Source: a virus (Duplodnaviria; Heunggongvirae; Uroviricota; Caudoviricetes). Taken from it: a stretch of DNA of 64,000 nucleotides. Positions 9,724 to 19,635 of the stretch are shown piece by piece (the stretch's first letter is position 1; the number at the start of each line of letters is the position of its first letter). The notes below the pieces were generated by a model, which saw nothing but the letters and a program-made list of their open reading frames with translations, had not been told where the DNA came from and made no database searches. Position numbers and translations under genes: made by a program. The DNA lies in IMG/VR virus record IMGVR_UViG_2706794671_000006; one strand, given 5' to 3'.

Positions 9724-10119
9724 ATGAGCGTTAAACGAGAAAACCTGACAGTTGATGTCTACTATGCTTCAGAAAGCGCCGAAGGTAAGAATGTAGCTAA
9801 AATCACCGTCGTTACGTACAACACCGAAACTGGAACTGAAGTTCAGGCAAGTACTATTGTGCGTAAAGGAGATACATCAGGCGGGGAATATGAGGCGCAA
9901 TATCAGTCCATTTTTGATGCAACGGACCCGTTGTTGTTGAAAATTGAAAGTTACTTCCGTAAGGTGAATAAAGAGGTGTTTGAAACCATGATGAATATGG
10001 TTAACACCGTATTCGCTTCCAGTCTGAACACTAACACTACCTGGATTGGTCAGTATGGTCTGCGCATTACCTCCGGCATTCCTGCTGACACCTTAATCCC
10101 TGAAAGCGTATTCGCTTAA
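9724..10119 (+). CDS. hypothetical protein
   Basis: Start set at MSVKREN (GGAGAG RBS); 131 aa. Confidence 0.55.
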   Translation: MSVKRENLTVDVYYASESAEGKNVAKITVVTYNTETGTEVQASTIVRKGDTSGGEYEAQYQSIFDATDPLLLKIESYFRKVNKEVFETMMNMVNTVFASSLNTNTTWIGQYGLRITSGIPADTLIPESVFA

Positions 10120-10128
10120 TCCTCTTTG

Positions 10129-10156
10129 AATGGCGCGTAAACCGCGCCATTTTCTT
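10129..10156 (+). terminator. rho-independent terminator
   Basis: ATGGCGCG-TAAAC-CGCGCCAT followed by TTTCTT. Confidence 0.6.
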
Positions 10157-10165
10157 ATGCCCGAT

Positions 10166-10181
10166 AACAATTTGTTTTCTG
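10166..10181 (+). promoter_or_regulatory. motif A (TAACAATTTGTTTTCT)
   Basis: Palindrome family member ~58 nt upstream of the 10238 start. Confidence 0.4.
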
Positions 10182-10237
10182 CCTTATCTGATTTGTGAAA
10201 ATGCTTTCACTGAAAGCAACTTGATAAGGAAACCATC

Positions 10238-10612
10238 ATGGGACTTGATATCTACATTGAGACGCAACCAAAAAACGATCTGAATAACGATGCATCCAGA
10301 AAGAAGGTTGCTTACTTCCGTAAGTTCAATGCTCTCTTTGGGTGGATGGAACGCAACGTAGGTGAAGTCAAAAATTGTGAGCTTTTAGAATTAACGATGA
10401 ATGACATTTGTGCTCTGAAAGCTCATTTGATGCACATGAACGAAAGTAACTGCGAAGAGTACTTACCTACCTGTGAAGGTTTTTTCTTCGGCAGTCAGGA
10501 GTACGATGAAGGGTACTGGCATGACGTGGGGGAGTTGAAAAAACTTGTGGAAGAGCTGATTAAGAACCACGACTTTCACAATAACAGACTGACCTTCTGC
10601 GCCTGGTGGTAA
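10238..10612 (+). CDS. hypothetical Cys-containing protein
   Basis: 124 aa ORF. Confidence 0.55.
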   Translation: MGLDIYIETQPKNDLNNDASRKKVAYFRKFNALFGWMERNVGEVKNCELLELTMNDICALKAHLMHMNESNCEEYLPTCEGFFFGSQEYDEGYWHDVGELKKLVEELIKNHDFHNNRLTFCAWW

Positions 10613-10614
10613 AT

Positions 10615-10758
10615 ATGGGCGATTTCAAGAAACGCCTGAAGGAAAGAGCCGAGATAGTCAGAAAGCAAAACGCCTCTTCTGTCATCAGATACGCAAGGCA
10701 GTTTAGTCGCAACAACAAATCAGTTGAGGAAAAGATCCTTAGCGTAATCGGTCGATAA
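10615..10758 (+). CDS. hypothetical 47-aa basic peptide (below ORF-track cutoff)
   Basis: ATG 3 nt after upstream stop, in-frame to TAA; hairpin follows. No clear RBS. Confidence 0.3.
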   Translation: MGDFKKRLKERAEIVRKQNASSVIRYARQFSRNNKSVEEKILSVIGR

Positions 10759-10927
10759 TTATTAAGGCCACCACTGCTGGTGGCCTTAAATGACCATCCT
10801 GTTTCCCGCAGGCTAAAAACACCAACCTCTTACCTCCAGGCAACCGACAAACCCACCTGTTCCCGTCCGGCTACCGCAACTTTCCACTTTGACGCCTTAT
10901 TCGTACAACGATAATTAACGCCAACAA

Positions 10928-10943
10928 GAAAACAATTTGTTAT
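10928..10943 (+). promoter_or_regulatory. motif A (GAAAACAATTTGTTAT)
   Basis: 20 nt upstream of the 10963 start, just before AAGGAA RBS. Confidence 0.45.
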
Positions 10944-10962
10944 TTACGATAAGGAATTAATC

Positions 10963-11445
10963 ATGAATTTTATCGCTACTGTAAACGCACCCGCACATGG
11001 CAATATCGCTGTAACGTTCTCTGACATTGAAAAACGAGTACTTGGTGCATGGCGCGACAATGAGACGGTAGAACTGTCAGCACAAGAAAAATGCATTATT
11101 GCACGCGACATCATTGGCAATCGTCGTTACTCGCGGGTATTTGAGAAAGCGTATGTGGTAAATTCTGGATTCGGAACGTTCGTCTTTCCGGTGCGCTCCG
11201 GGCGATTCTGCCAGTCCAAGCTGATTGAGTTCGCTACGCAGATTTCTGTCTGGATTAAAACTCAATCGTCGTTCAAATTTTCCGACGATGAAGCAGTATC
11301 GCAGGGGATGCGGATCGCCAACAATGCAATTAAATGCAAAAACATTACGTATACCGCTGGCGTTGATACATGGAAACTGTTTTGCGCTAACTTTATGCTG
11401 AATGTATACGCAAGCAACCGCATCCACATCCTTGATGGCGTGTAA
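10963..11445 (+). CDS. hypothetical protein
   Basis: 160 aa ORF; last gene of the rightward early block. Confidence 0.55.
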   Translation: MNFIATVNAPAHGNIAVTFSDIEKRVLGAWRDNETVELSAQEKCIIARDIIGNRRYSRVFEKAYVVNSGFGTFVFPVRSGRFCQSKLIEFATQISVWIKTQSSFKFSDDEAVSQGMRIANNAIKCKNITYTAGVDTWKLFCANFMLNVYASNRIHILDGV

Positions 11446-12060
11446 CTGAGAAGAGGGCCAGTAACGGCCCTTTCTCTATAGCCACCAGATGCCGCAGGGA
11501 AATTTTCAGAAACGGCGAGGAACGTATTCATGAACCGACGGGGAACGGCCAGGATTTTTTCGGGAAACGGCTGCATTCGCCTTTATGTAGAAAAAACATC
11601 GGGAAGCTGGTGGAATCCAACCAGCGGTTGTCGGACAGGTGAGCGGGGAAAATTATGATGACTTTCGTCGCCTGAGACATCCAGATTTCTTTCGTAGCGT
11701 AATCGCATACGTGATTAAGTGGTGTGATTATGTGAAAAATCACGCGCACATAATACGCGAGCGGATACGGAACAAAACAAAATGCCGATCCGCGCCGACA
11801 AATAAACGCGGATCACATAGCAAGACTAAAAGCCAATGATTAACCATACTCTATAGCGCAATATAACGTGTTTTAAGCGCGTTAATGTGTTAAGTAATGG
11901 GTATGTACTGACAAGGATATAAAAGCGCGTCTATGGCGTTATTTTGGCGCTTATTTTTATGTTGTTGGAGTGAGTTAAAGACAATAAAAACGCGCCATCA
12001 TTGGCGCGTTATGGTAGGTGTATTGGAAACGAAAAAAGCGCCCATAGTGGGCGCTCGATT

Positions 12061-12291
12061 TTATTTGTGTAAACTGATTTTAAATCCCATTTCGACAAAC
12101 GCTTTTAACATTAAAAATATATCAGCGTCGTTCACGTCTGCTTTTTTTCGCTCCTGGTCGCTCAATAAGTCAATTTTGCGCGTCGTTTCATCTATAAGCT
12201 CGACTGCGCGCCCAGCGTAACCAGCGATCCCAGCGATGCGATTAACATAATATTCATTATGGACGTTAACGCCAGCGATAAGAACAAACAT
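12061..12291 (-). CDS. hypothetical protein
   Basis: 76 aa ORF in AT-rich minus-strand cluster; hairpin GCGCCCATAGTGGGCGC directly 3'. Confidence 0.45.
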   Translation of the reverse strand: MFVLIAGVNVHNEYYVNRIAGIAGYAGRAVELIDETTRKIDLLSDQERKKADVNDADIFLMLKAFVEMGFKISLHK

Positions 12292-12312
12292 GATTAAGCT
12301 CCTTAAAAAAAA

Positions 12313-12516
12313 TTAAATAGAATTTTGAAGTTTTCCGATTAATGCGCTTAAACGTAAGTATTCACGTTTGCGCTTGCAATCTCGCTTGCTGTTAAGCAAA
12401 TCAGAAAACGTAAAATTTAATTGGTCGCGTTGCGCGATCAAATCATCGATTAATTCTAGTTTATAAGCGCGATACTTTGCGCGATATTCCGCGCGGATCT
12501 TGTCATAGCTGACCAT
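12313..12516 (-). CDS. hypothetical basic small protein
   Basis: Start set at MVSYDK with AAGGAG RBS; 67 aa. Confidence 0.45.
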   Translation of the reverse strand: MVSYDKIRAEYRAKYRAYKLELIDDLIAQRDQLNFTFSDLLNSKRDCKRKREYLRLSALIGKLQNSI

Positions 12517-12564
12517 CTTTAAAGCTCCTTTAAAGCGCCCACTATGGGCGCTTAATTCCATTAA

Positions 12565-13215
12565 TTACGCTTTGAAAGCGTCAGCTAAATAATTGTAGAA
12601 ATCATTTTTAATGAAGCGATATTGCTGAGTACCAGCTTTTGCGATCCCAGCTCCTTTGACTTTTTCAACAAGTCCAAGACGTTCGCAAAGATTGATCAAC
12701 TGGTTGGCTTGAGTATAGCCAGCGTCCAATTTAATCTCACACGCTTTTTTAGCTTCATTCATTAAATCGAAAACAGCGCCATTGGTGAACGTGTCGATCT
12801 CGTCGTTAATCATATCGATTAAAGCAAATACACGAGATCCAGACATATCAGCGATGGAATAAACGCATTTACCAGATTTAATTGATTTAACCAGATAAAC
12901 CAGTTTTTCCAGTGAATAACTATTAGTCATTGCATCACGGAAAAATACTTCTGGCGCTTGTTTGCTTGCTTTAATCGCATAGTAGAAAACAGAGCATAAT
13001 TTTTCGTCTTCTACTGCGTTTACGACGTTGTTGATGAAGTAAGCAAGTTTAGTGGTCGCAGCTTGCATATTTGCTTTGTCTGCTTTAGTGTGCGTACCAT
13101 TTTTATAATGTTCGTTATATGTTTGAGTTGCCAGATCTGCTTTTTCGCGCAGTTCGTCGGATACAATAGATGCAGCTTCAATGATGGACTTTTTAGAAAT
13201 GATAATGTTAGCCAT
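12565..13215 (-). CDS. hypothetical protein
   Basis: 216 aa ORF, AT-rich codon usage distinct from neighbours. Confidence 0.55.
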   Translation of the reverse strand: MANIIISKKSIIEAASIVSDELREKADLATQTYNEHYKNGTHTKADKANMQAATTKLAYFINNVVNAVEDEKLCSVFYYAIKASKQAPEVFFRDAMTNSYSLEKLVYLVKSIKSGKCVYSIADMSGSRVFALIDMINDEIDTFTNGAVFDLMNEAKKACEIKLDAGYTQANQLINLCERLGLVEKVKGAGIAKAGTQQYRFIKNDFYNYLADAFKA

Positions 13216-13512
13216 GATTTTATTCCTTAGTATAAATATTAAAATTTAACTCAAGAAAGAAAGTGTTTTGCACTCGTTCCTGATGCGTTCAATTATCGAT
13301 ACGCGAAAAAAGATTGCAAGTGTTTTTTTAAGTTTTTTTGCAGGGATGAAAGTCCTAGAAATAAATGTTAGATCGTCGAGGGTGTTCCCTAAATAAATAA
13401 TCGATTCCGGCTTTAGACCTTATATATTTATACGGGGTAGAATTGAAAGAGTATAAAATGAATGGCATGTAAAATAATAACCGGACTTAGCCGGTTATTA
13501 CCCTTATAGAAA

Positions 13513-14034
13513 TTAAAACGGAAGGATTCGTTCAACCCAATCGAAGAAAATAAGTATTTTTCTACCGTCTTCCAACTTAAGTGTGACTAGACAGGCGTCA
13601 ACGCCATCTGACGTTCCCTCAATTTCGCGACCGTCTGCCATGTAGACCCTTATAGATTTGCCGTTTTGGTAAGCCTGACGACATATCTTAAAAAAGTCAC
13701 GACGTGATGGCTGATTAACCATCTGTTCATTGTTTAGCGTTAGTCGACCTGTGAATGAAGTGTCAACCTCTTCTATGCCCGACTCAATTGTGCTAATGCG
13801 CTCAAGAGGGAGCCTTATACGATTTGTGTTGCTAAGCGGATCTGGTGTGAGGTTCAGCTTATTTCTTGCGCTCAATAGCCCGTAGACATACATGCAAAAC
13901 ACTTGGCCGTCTTCGAGAGTGACTCTTACAGGAAATTTTGCACTCCGCCAGAAGAGCAAGGTACGTTCAGCATGTTCGTAGTCTCGCGGCCATACTTCAG
14001 CCGGTATGCCGTAGGTGATGTCCAATGTTCTCAT
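13513..14034 (-). CDS. hypothetical cytoplasmic protein, translationally coupled to upstream secreted-protein gene
   Basis: 173 aa; ATGA start/stop overlap with 14031-14624. Confidence 0.55.
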   Translation of the reverse strand: MRTLDITYGIPAEVWPRDYEHAERTLLFWRSAKFPVRVTLEDGQVFCMYVYGLLSARNKLNLTPDPLSNTNRIRLPLERISTIESGIEEVDTSFTGRLTLNNEQMVNQPSRRDFFKICRQAYQNGKSIRVYMADGREIEGTSDGVDACLVTLKLEDGRKILIFFDWVERILPF

Positions 14035-14624
14035 TCTGATACTCTTAGAGGTGTTTTCAGCAACCCAAATTTAAATTCTTTGTTACCAACGACAAAGAAG
14101 GGAACCTCAACATAGATTTTTTTATCGACGGATTTAGAGTTCGCTGTTTTCTGTATGTCACGAACGATACGTTTTGAGGTATTTTCATCGATAAACAATA
14201 CCTTTCCACTTGTATTCCCTTCAGCCTTGGCGTAAGTAACGATAGGCTCTTCATTGCCAACCCTAATGTTTACTTGGCAACCTGTTGTAGCCATTTCATC
14301 ACAGTAAAGTGTGCCGTCTTGAACTTCCAAAACAATTCCAGATGGCTTCATGGCTTCGTCAGAGCTTACATTAACGTTTTCTGGTACAGCGGTTCCGTTA
14401 ATTTGCAACCGTAATCTTTCTTTTCCTGCATTAAGTATTGTTTCTTCTGCGTTATCTGAGAATCTGAACCAGACTGGTTGAATCAGACCTCGTGATTCGT
14501 ATTTTAGTACGTCTTCAGAAGTATACATGCTGTACGTTTTTTGCATGTCGGAGACGATATCTGACAACGCATTGGCGGAAAATGACGAGAGGTATATACA
14601 AGCAAGAAGTAACGAACGTTTCAT
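14031..14624 (-). CDS. predicted secreted/periplasmic protein (Sec signal peptide, ANA cleavage motif)
   Basis: N-terminus MKRSLLLACIYLSSFSANA-LSD; 197 aa. Confidence 0.6.
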   Translation of the reverse strand: MKRSLLLACIYLSSFSANALSDIVSDMQKTYSMYTSEDVLKYESRGLIQPVWFRFSDNAEETILNAGKERLRLQINGTAVPENVNVSSDEAMKPSGIVLEVQDGTLYCDEMATTGCQVNIRVGNEEPIVTYAKAEGNTSGKVLFIDENTSKRIVRDIQKTANSKSVDKKIYVEVPFFVVGNKEFKFGLLKTPLRVSE

Positions 14625-14805
14625 TTTTATACAGCGATTATTGCAAAGTAGAATTATAAATATCCAATAGTCTCAAACGATAAGTTTTCAACTGTAAATA
14701 GCAGACGTGTTTTCTCTAAAAGCTGTGCGGCAAAGGCGTTGTTGCCGCACTCTGTCTATTAGCTCTTCAAGTCTGGCAATTCTGAAATTGACTAAGAATC
14801 CAATA

Positions 14806-15084
14806 TTACGGCAGTTTGCTTAGAATTTGCTCTAAATCTTCCTTTGTCATATTAGAGTTCTCATAGATGCGCATGATTTTCTCACGAGCCTTAGCAGAGA
14901 CTCCAACGGCAGATGAAACTTTGTCAAATTCAGCCATCGTCATCGTCTCCAGAATGGTATTGATAACTTCAGCCTTAGACATTTTGATGTTTTTTTCTTT
15001 TAGTTTCATTTGAAACTTTCCAAGTTTGTCATTGGCCTTATCGGACAATGCCACCTGACAATAAGTTGTTTTCTTTTCGCTCAT
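14806..15084 (-). CDS. hypothetical small protein downstream of helicase
   Basis: 92 aa ORF starting 3 nt after the helicase stop. Confidence 0.5.
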   Translation of the reverse strand: MSEKKTTYCQVALSDKANDKLGKFQMKLKEKNIKMSKAEVINTILETMTMAEFDKVSSAVGVSAKAREKIMRIYENSNMTKEDLEQILSKLP

Positions 15085-15086
15085 AA

Positions 15087-16646
15087 CTAATCTCGTTTCA
15101 GAACTCCAAAATCGAATGCGCCATCAATAGGCAATACACCTTCTGCAAAGCCAGGTGTGGTGTCGATGATGTGTTTTCGCTCATAAGAGTGAGACAACAG
15201 GTATTTGTTGCTAATGTCAATGAAATCAGTGATAAAACACACGTTTGCCTGATTCTTCTTGGCTCGTAAGCCACGACCGACACGCTGCCTCATTTCAACT
15301 TCTGCTTTCCCACCACCAGCAAGAATGACCGCACCAACGCTTGGCACATCAACACCGACATCCAGAATAGTCGAGCCTATTAAAACATCTATTTCTCCAG
15401 ACGCTAAACTGTTCAGCTTTGCTTGCCTTGTCGCCTGGTTAGATTCCCCATAGATGAAGTCAACTCTAAGGCCGGACTCTTTCATCATTTCCATCAGGAT
15501 TTGCCCGTGGCGTTTAAGGCGAACCAGAGTCATACAATTGAGAGAATGTTGCTTATAGAGCAATGCTTCGCGCACAATGGCCTCGTTACGTCCCAAATTA
15601 TACACGATCCCCAACTGATAAGCCTTTTGGTAGGCGGTGCTCATACCAACTCTAAAATTGAGGTGTTTGTTGGCAAGTTCGGCCTTGATTCTGGCCTCGT
15701 CTGGCTTGTAGGCAACTTTATGATAAAGGAAGTACGGCTTTGCCAGAATGCCTCGATCAATCAGATACTTTTCTGTGACTTTAATTTCAATTCGCCCGGC
15801 CACCGCCATCAGGCGCATGTTGGCTTCCGTCGAATCCTTCATGAACGGCGTGGCTGTAAGCGCCAGACGATAGTCTGCGTTCACACATAATCTGGCGATG
15901 TCATAGAAATTTGAGCCTGAAGACTCATGCGCCTCTTCCAGAATAAGAAGAGAGACACTTGAAAGGAAGCGTTTCACCAACTCCCGACGTTTGAGGTGGT
16001 AGCTTTTCTTATCTGGTGTTGCATCGCGTGGTGGTTCTTCGAGGAAACTTGCAAGAGTTTGAACTGTAGCGACGTTGATATGTCGTGATACCTGGAACTC
16101 ACCCGAGCCAATGACTCCAACCTTTTGGTCTTTTAACCACGGTTCGCCATTTTTGGCGCGGTAGTCGATGGATCTCTGGAAGTTTTCGGCCATTTGAAAC
16201 ATCAGAACAGAGCGGGTTGTTAAAAATAATGTCATTCGACCGATACGTGCAGCTGCTTTGCAGGCAACGTTAGATTTCCCGCCACCAGTAGCGATCTGCG
16301 CAATCATCATTCCCTCTCGAACCAGTGTTTCCACAGTCTGATCCTGATACGCATAATCAGGATTGTATGGGAATGGGTTAACCGCCGGATTTGGTTTACC
16401 AAGCGCCGGGGCTTTGTCTTTGCGGATATGAACACATTTGATGCCCGCCTTGTTCAAATTAGCCGCCACGGGCTTGGCAAAGCCAGCAGGGAACGAGTTT
16501 TTGCTCCAGTTGAACATTGTGCTTGTGCCCTTCCAGTCGCCAGCCTCGACTTCGTAGCTCAACATTTGCTGCACCAGTTGCTTTACCTTGTCATCTGCGC
16601 CAGAAATAAGCGCATTTACTGCGTTAGATACAATCCGAACAGTCAT
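15087..16646 (-). CDS. SF2 DExH-box helicase
   Basis: Motif I ATGGGKSNVA, motif II LEEAHE, motif III TATP, motif VI QRVGRGLRA. Confidence 0.8.
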   Translation of the reverse strand: MTVRIVSNAVNALISGADDKVKQLVQQMLSYEVEAGDWKGTSTMFNWSKNSFPAGFAKPVAANLNKAGIKCVHIRKDKAPALGKPNPAVNPFPYNPDYAYQDQTVETLVREGMMIAQIATGGGKSNVACKAAARIGRMTLFLTTRSVLMFQMAENFQRSIDYRAKNGEPWLKDQKVGVIGSGEFQVSRHINVATVQTLASFLEEPPRDATPDKKSYHLKRRELVKRFLSSVSLLILEEAHESSGSNFYDIARLCVNADYRLALTATPFMKDSTEANMRLMAVAGRIEIKVTEKYLIDRGILAKPYFLYHKVAYKPDEARIKAELANKHLNFRVGMSTAYQKAYQLGIVYNLGRNEAIVREALLYKQHSLNCMTLVRLKRHGQILMEMMKESGLRVDFIYGESNQATRQAKLNSLASGEIDVLIGSTILDVGVDVPSVGAVILAGGGKAEVEMRQRVGRGLRAKKNQANVCFITDFIDISNKYLLSHSYERKHIIDTTPGFAEGVLPIDGAFDFGVLKRD

Positions 16647-16692
16647 AAACCTCTTTCCTTAGTGCCTTTTGTATGTTATTTGGCTATTATAA

Positions 16693-16710
16693 TAAGTAAG
16701 TGATTACTTA
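16693..16710 (+). promoter_or_regulatory. motif B palindrome TAAGTAA-GTGA-TTACTTA in divergent promoter region
   Basis: Perfect 7-bp arms; sits between the divergently transcribed helicase and ParB-like genes. Confidence 0.45.
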
Positions 16711-17409
16711 GTGGATTGTAGCAATAAAATGGACGTAAAAATCACGATTTTGCAGGTTGATGTTGCCAACCTTCGCCCGAATACCTGGAACACCAATTCG
16801 GTTGGTGCGCAGAATTTCGAAAAACTGAAAGGTTCTATCGAAAAATTGGGCTTTTTTAAGCCAATTTTGGCTCGTGAACTTGAAGATGGATTTTTTGAAA
16901 TCCTCGGCGGCGAACATCGCTGGCGTGCCGCTATTGAGCAAGGAATTTCAACGGTTCCAGTGCTTTCTGTGGGCAAAATTAGCGATGTCGTAGCTAAACA
17001 GATGTCACTGGTGGACAACGAGCGATACGGTGAAGACGACCAAATCGCATTGCAACGCTTCATTGAAGAAATTCAGTCAGAACTTGACTATCAACTGTCT
17101 GAAATCGCCCCGTATGACGACGAAATCTCGATGGTTTTAGCAAAAGAGGCGGCAATCGACCTTGAAGCACTGGAGGCGTTGTCTCGTGGTAGTGATGAGC
17201 CTGTCGATACCGACAAACGAGAGAAAACCGAACGTGTCGGTGCGGAACATCAGACCATGCGCTTCAAAGTAACCTTCGATGCGTCAGATCGCGTTGCAGA
17301 AACCATAAAAAACATCATCAAAGACCAGGCAATTAATACTGGCAATGAAATGGAAAACGCTGGTGAGGCTCTAGTGTGGCTGGTCGACTACTACAAGGAG
17401 CGTATGTAA
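16711..17409 (+). CDS. ParB/Srx-like nuclease-domain protein
   Basis: ParB box-like LGGEHRWRAAIEQGISTVPV; acidic C-terminal half. Start (GTG 16711 or ATG 16729) uncertain. Confidence 0.7.
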   Translation: MDCSNKMDVKITILQVDVANLRPNTWNTNSVGAQNFEKLKGSIEKLGFFKPILARELEDGFFEILGGEHRWRAAIEQGISTVPVLSVGKISDVVAKQMSLVDNERYGEDDQIALQRFIEEIQSELDYQLSEIAPYDDEISMVLAKEAAIDLEALEALSRGSDEPVDTDKREKTERVGAEHQTMRFKVTFDASDRVAETIKNIIKDQAINTGNEMENAGEALVWLVDYYKERM

Positions 17410-18077
17410 TGACCAAAAAGTTTGAAATCGTATATCGCGACCCGGCAGATCTTATTCCCTATGAGATGAATGCCAAAAAGCATGATGAACAGCAGATCAG
17501 AGATCTGGCCGCAGCCATTAAAAAGCGCGGATTTGACCAGCCAATTACGGTCGATAAGAACGACGTAATTATTACTGGCCACGGCCGCCGTGAGGCTGCA
17601 ATTTTTGCTGGACTTGAGCGTGTACCGGTTATTGTTCGCGATGATCTCAGTGATGACGAGGTTCGTGCGAAGCGCCTTGAAGATAACCGACTTGCCAGCA
17701 TTGATTACGATGCAATTAAGCTACAGAAAGAGCTTGAGTCGCTTGTTCTGGACGATATCGAGGTTTTCGGCTTTGAAGAGCGTGAGTTGAATGTTCTCGT
17801 TGGCAGTATGACAGAAGAAATGGACACCGACTCGCTAGTTATCGATCTTAGCGAAGAAACTAAACGACAGAAGGATGAACACACCGAGATCAGTCGTGAA
17901 GTTGCAGCGGAAGAAGTACGTGTTGTCGACGTATTGGGCTTTAAAACTCTCCCTGCTGGCTCTGCCATTGTTGTTGGTGATTTGCTTGCCCATATGGAAG
18001 AAATGACGGGAGAAAGCGGGGTAGACGCATTTGTGGCATATGCGGAGAAGATCTCTTCCGGGGAGATGGCTGCATGA
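17409..18077 (+). CDS. second ParB/Srx-like domain protein
   Basis: ITGHGRREAAIFAGLERVPVIV motif; TAATG overlap with upstream gene. Confidence 0.65.
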   Translation: MTKKFEIVYRDPADLIPYEMNAKKHDEQQIRDLAAAIKKRGFDQPITVDKNDVIITGHGRREAAIFAGLERVPVIVRDDLSDDEVRAKRLEDNRLASIDYDAIKLQKELESLVLDDIEVFGFEERELNVLVGSMTEEMDTDSLVIDLSEETKRQKDEHTEISREVAAEEVRVVDVLGFKTLPAGSAIVVGDLLAHMEEMTGESGVDAFVAYAEKISSGEMAA

Positions 18078-18739
18078 GCAAATACAACATCAACGTATCG
18101 TTTCAGACACGCGTAAATAAAACCACGCGCACGTTGGAAATCGCTGAGTCGTTCGGGCTTGGCCTGGACGAAAAAGAGTGGACGCTTTACGACAATCTGG
18201 AGCTGGAAGTGAAGCAGGGCGATGTGGTGTACATCACCGGCCAATCCGGTTCCGGCAAATCCGTTGTGCTGCGCGAGTTGCAACGACAGATGAAGGATGA
18301 AGGGCTGTCTGTAGCCTCCATCGATGATTTTACCTTCGATAATGAGGTTAACGTCATCGATCAGTTGGGCAAAACGACCAGCGATGCGCTTGGGTTGTTA
18401 TCTATGGCTGGTCTGAACGATGCATATCTGTTTGTTCGCAAGCCTTCTGAAATGTCAGACGGCCAGAAATATCGTCTCAAGATTGCCAAACTGATTGAGT
18501 CAGGCGCTAAAGTGTGGGCTGCTGACGAGTTCGGTGCTGTTCTAGACCGTGTAACCGCTCAGGTTGTGGCATCTAACCTCCAGCGTGCCGCTCGAAAGGT
18601 TGGTGCGACGGTAATGGTGGCGACGACTCACGAAGACCTGAAGAACGCGCTGCGCCCGGATATGCAGATCACCAAGCACTACAAAGAACGCGTGAAGGTG
18701 GAATATCACAATGGTAGTCATGATGAGGTCCATTTATGA
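18074..18739 (+). CDS. small P-loop ATPase with ABC-like signature
   Basis: Walker A GQSGSGKS, signature-like SDGQKYRL, Walker B VWAADEF. Confidence 0.6.
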   Translation: MSKYNINVSFQTRVNKTTRTLEIAESFGLGLDEKEWTLYDNLELEVKQGDVVYITGQSGSGKSVVLRELQRQMKDEGLSVASIDDFTFDNEVNVIDQLGKTTSDALGLLSMAGLNDAYLFVRKPSEMSDGQKYRLKIAKLIESGAKVWAADEFGAVLDRVTAQVVASNLQRAARKVGATVMVATTHEDLKNALRPDMQITKHYKERVKVEYHNGSHDEVHL

Positions 18740-19626
18740 CGGACATCATCATTAAACGCTACCGCCCTGAAGAGTTTCCGCGTCATCTGGACTTTCTGGA
18801 GCGAATGACTGTTACAAAGGGAACTGTAGAGGACTGGCACGCTCTTAAGTCGCTTCACTACAAAACAGACGGCAAACCTTTCGCGCCAACTTACTATCGC
18901 TGCGAACTTGATGATCGTCTGGTGGGCGTCGTGGTTATGGCTTACCCGAAACTACTGTTGGCACCTCGCCACCGCATGTTTCCTAAGTTGAAACCAACCA
19001 CTAATACCACCGTGGCTAACCAGTACTGGGGTCGGTACGTGAATAACAACTTTGCGGTGATCAGTCGCTCAGTTGTGGATACTCAGTATCGTGGCGTAGG
19101 CGTCTCTTATCGAATGATTAACCTGGTTAGCAGGATGCATGACCGGCCAATCATTGAGATCCAGTCCTCGATGAGCAAATACAATCCCTTCGCCATGAAA
19201 GCAGGGTTTAAGTTCATCCGCCCTGAGCGACCGAAGAGCTATGAAAGTGCACTGCGTGTATTCCAGCGCCATTTCCGTTCCGACACGGGTGATAACGAGG
19301 CGATCGTCAAAGAGTTGTTCGCAATGAGCGAGTCTCGTCGTCGCCGTGCACTGCGTGATCTGGTGGCGGACTACCACAAGAACAGTTCCCTGGCAAAAGC
19401 TGGGCGGAATCGTGGCACGACGATTCAGGACATTGCCGACAGTCTGGTGGACGAGGCCAGCATTGTGAAGCTGCTCAAGGACATTCACAACCTGAGCTTT
19501 ACGTCTCCGTTGTATGGTGTGTATCGAAACCCTGACTTTGGTCGTCGACTGCCTGACACGCTGCCATTGCTGGCATTCGACAAACAACCTTTGGATAAAC
19601 CGTTAGAAATTGCTTTACCGGCATAA
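18736..19626 (+). CDS. GNAT-like acetyltransferase-domain protein
   Basis: Motif-A-like VVDTQYRGVGVSYRMINLV; fold not verifiable by eye. Confidence 0.4.
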   Translation: MTDIIIKRYRPEEFPRHLDFLERMTVTKGTVEDWHALKSLHYKTDGKPFAPTYYRCELDDRLVGVVVMAYPKLLLAPRHRMFPKLKPTTNTTVANQYWGRYVNNNFAVISRSVVDTQYRGVGVSYRMINLVSRMHDRPIIEIQSSMSKYNPFAMKAGFKFIRPERPKSYESALRVFQRHFRSDTGDNEAIVKELFAMSESRRRRALRDLVADYHKNSSLAKAGRNRGTTIQDIADSLVDEASIVKLLKDIHNLSFTSPLYGVYRNPDFGRRLPDTLPLLAFDKQPLDKPLEIALPA

Positions 19627-19635
19627 GGATTTGCC

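Noticed and set aside
10762-10790. Intrinsic terminator at hairpin AAGGCCACC-ACTGC-GGTGGCCTT
   Set aside because: Strong stem but no downstream U-tract on the plus strand; kept only as a hairpin related to the 8670 terminator, not called as a terminator feature.
14031-14624. Lipoprotein call for the secreted protein (LLAC near the N-terminus)
   Set aside because: The Cys is at position 9, too close to the N-terminus for a lipobox; the sequence fits a standard Sec signal peptide with an ANA cleavage site instead.
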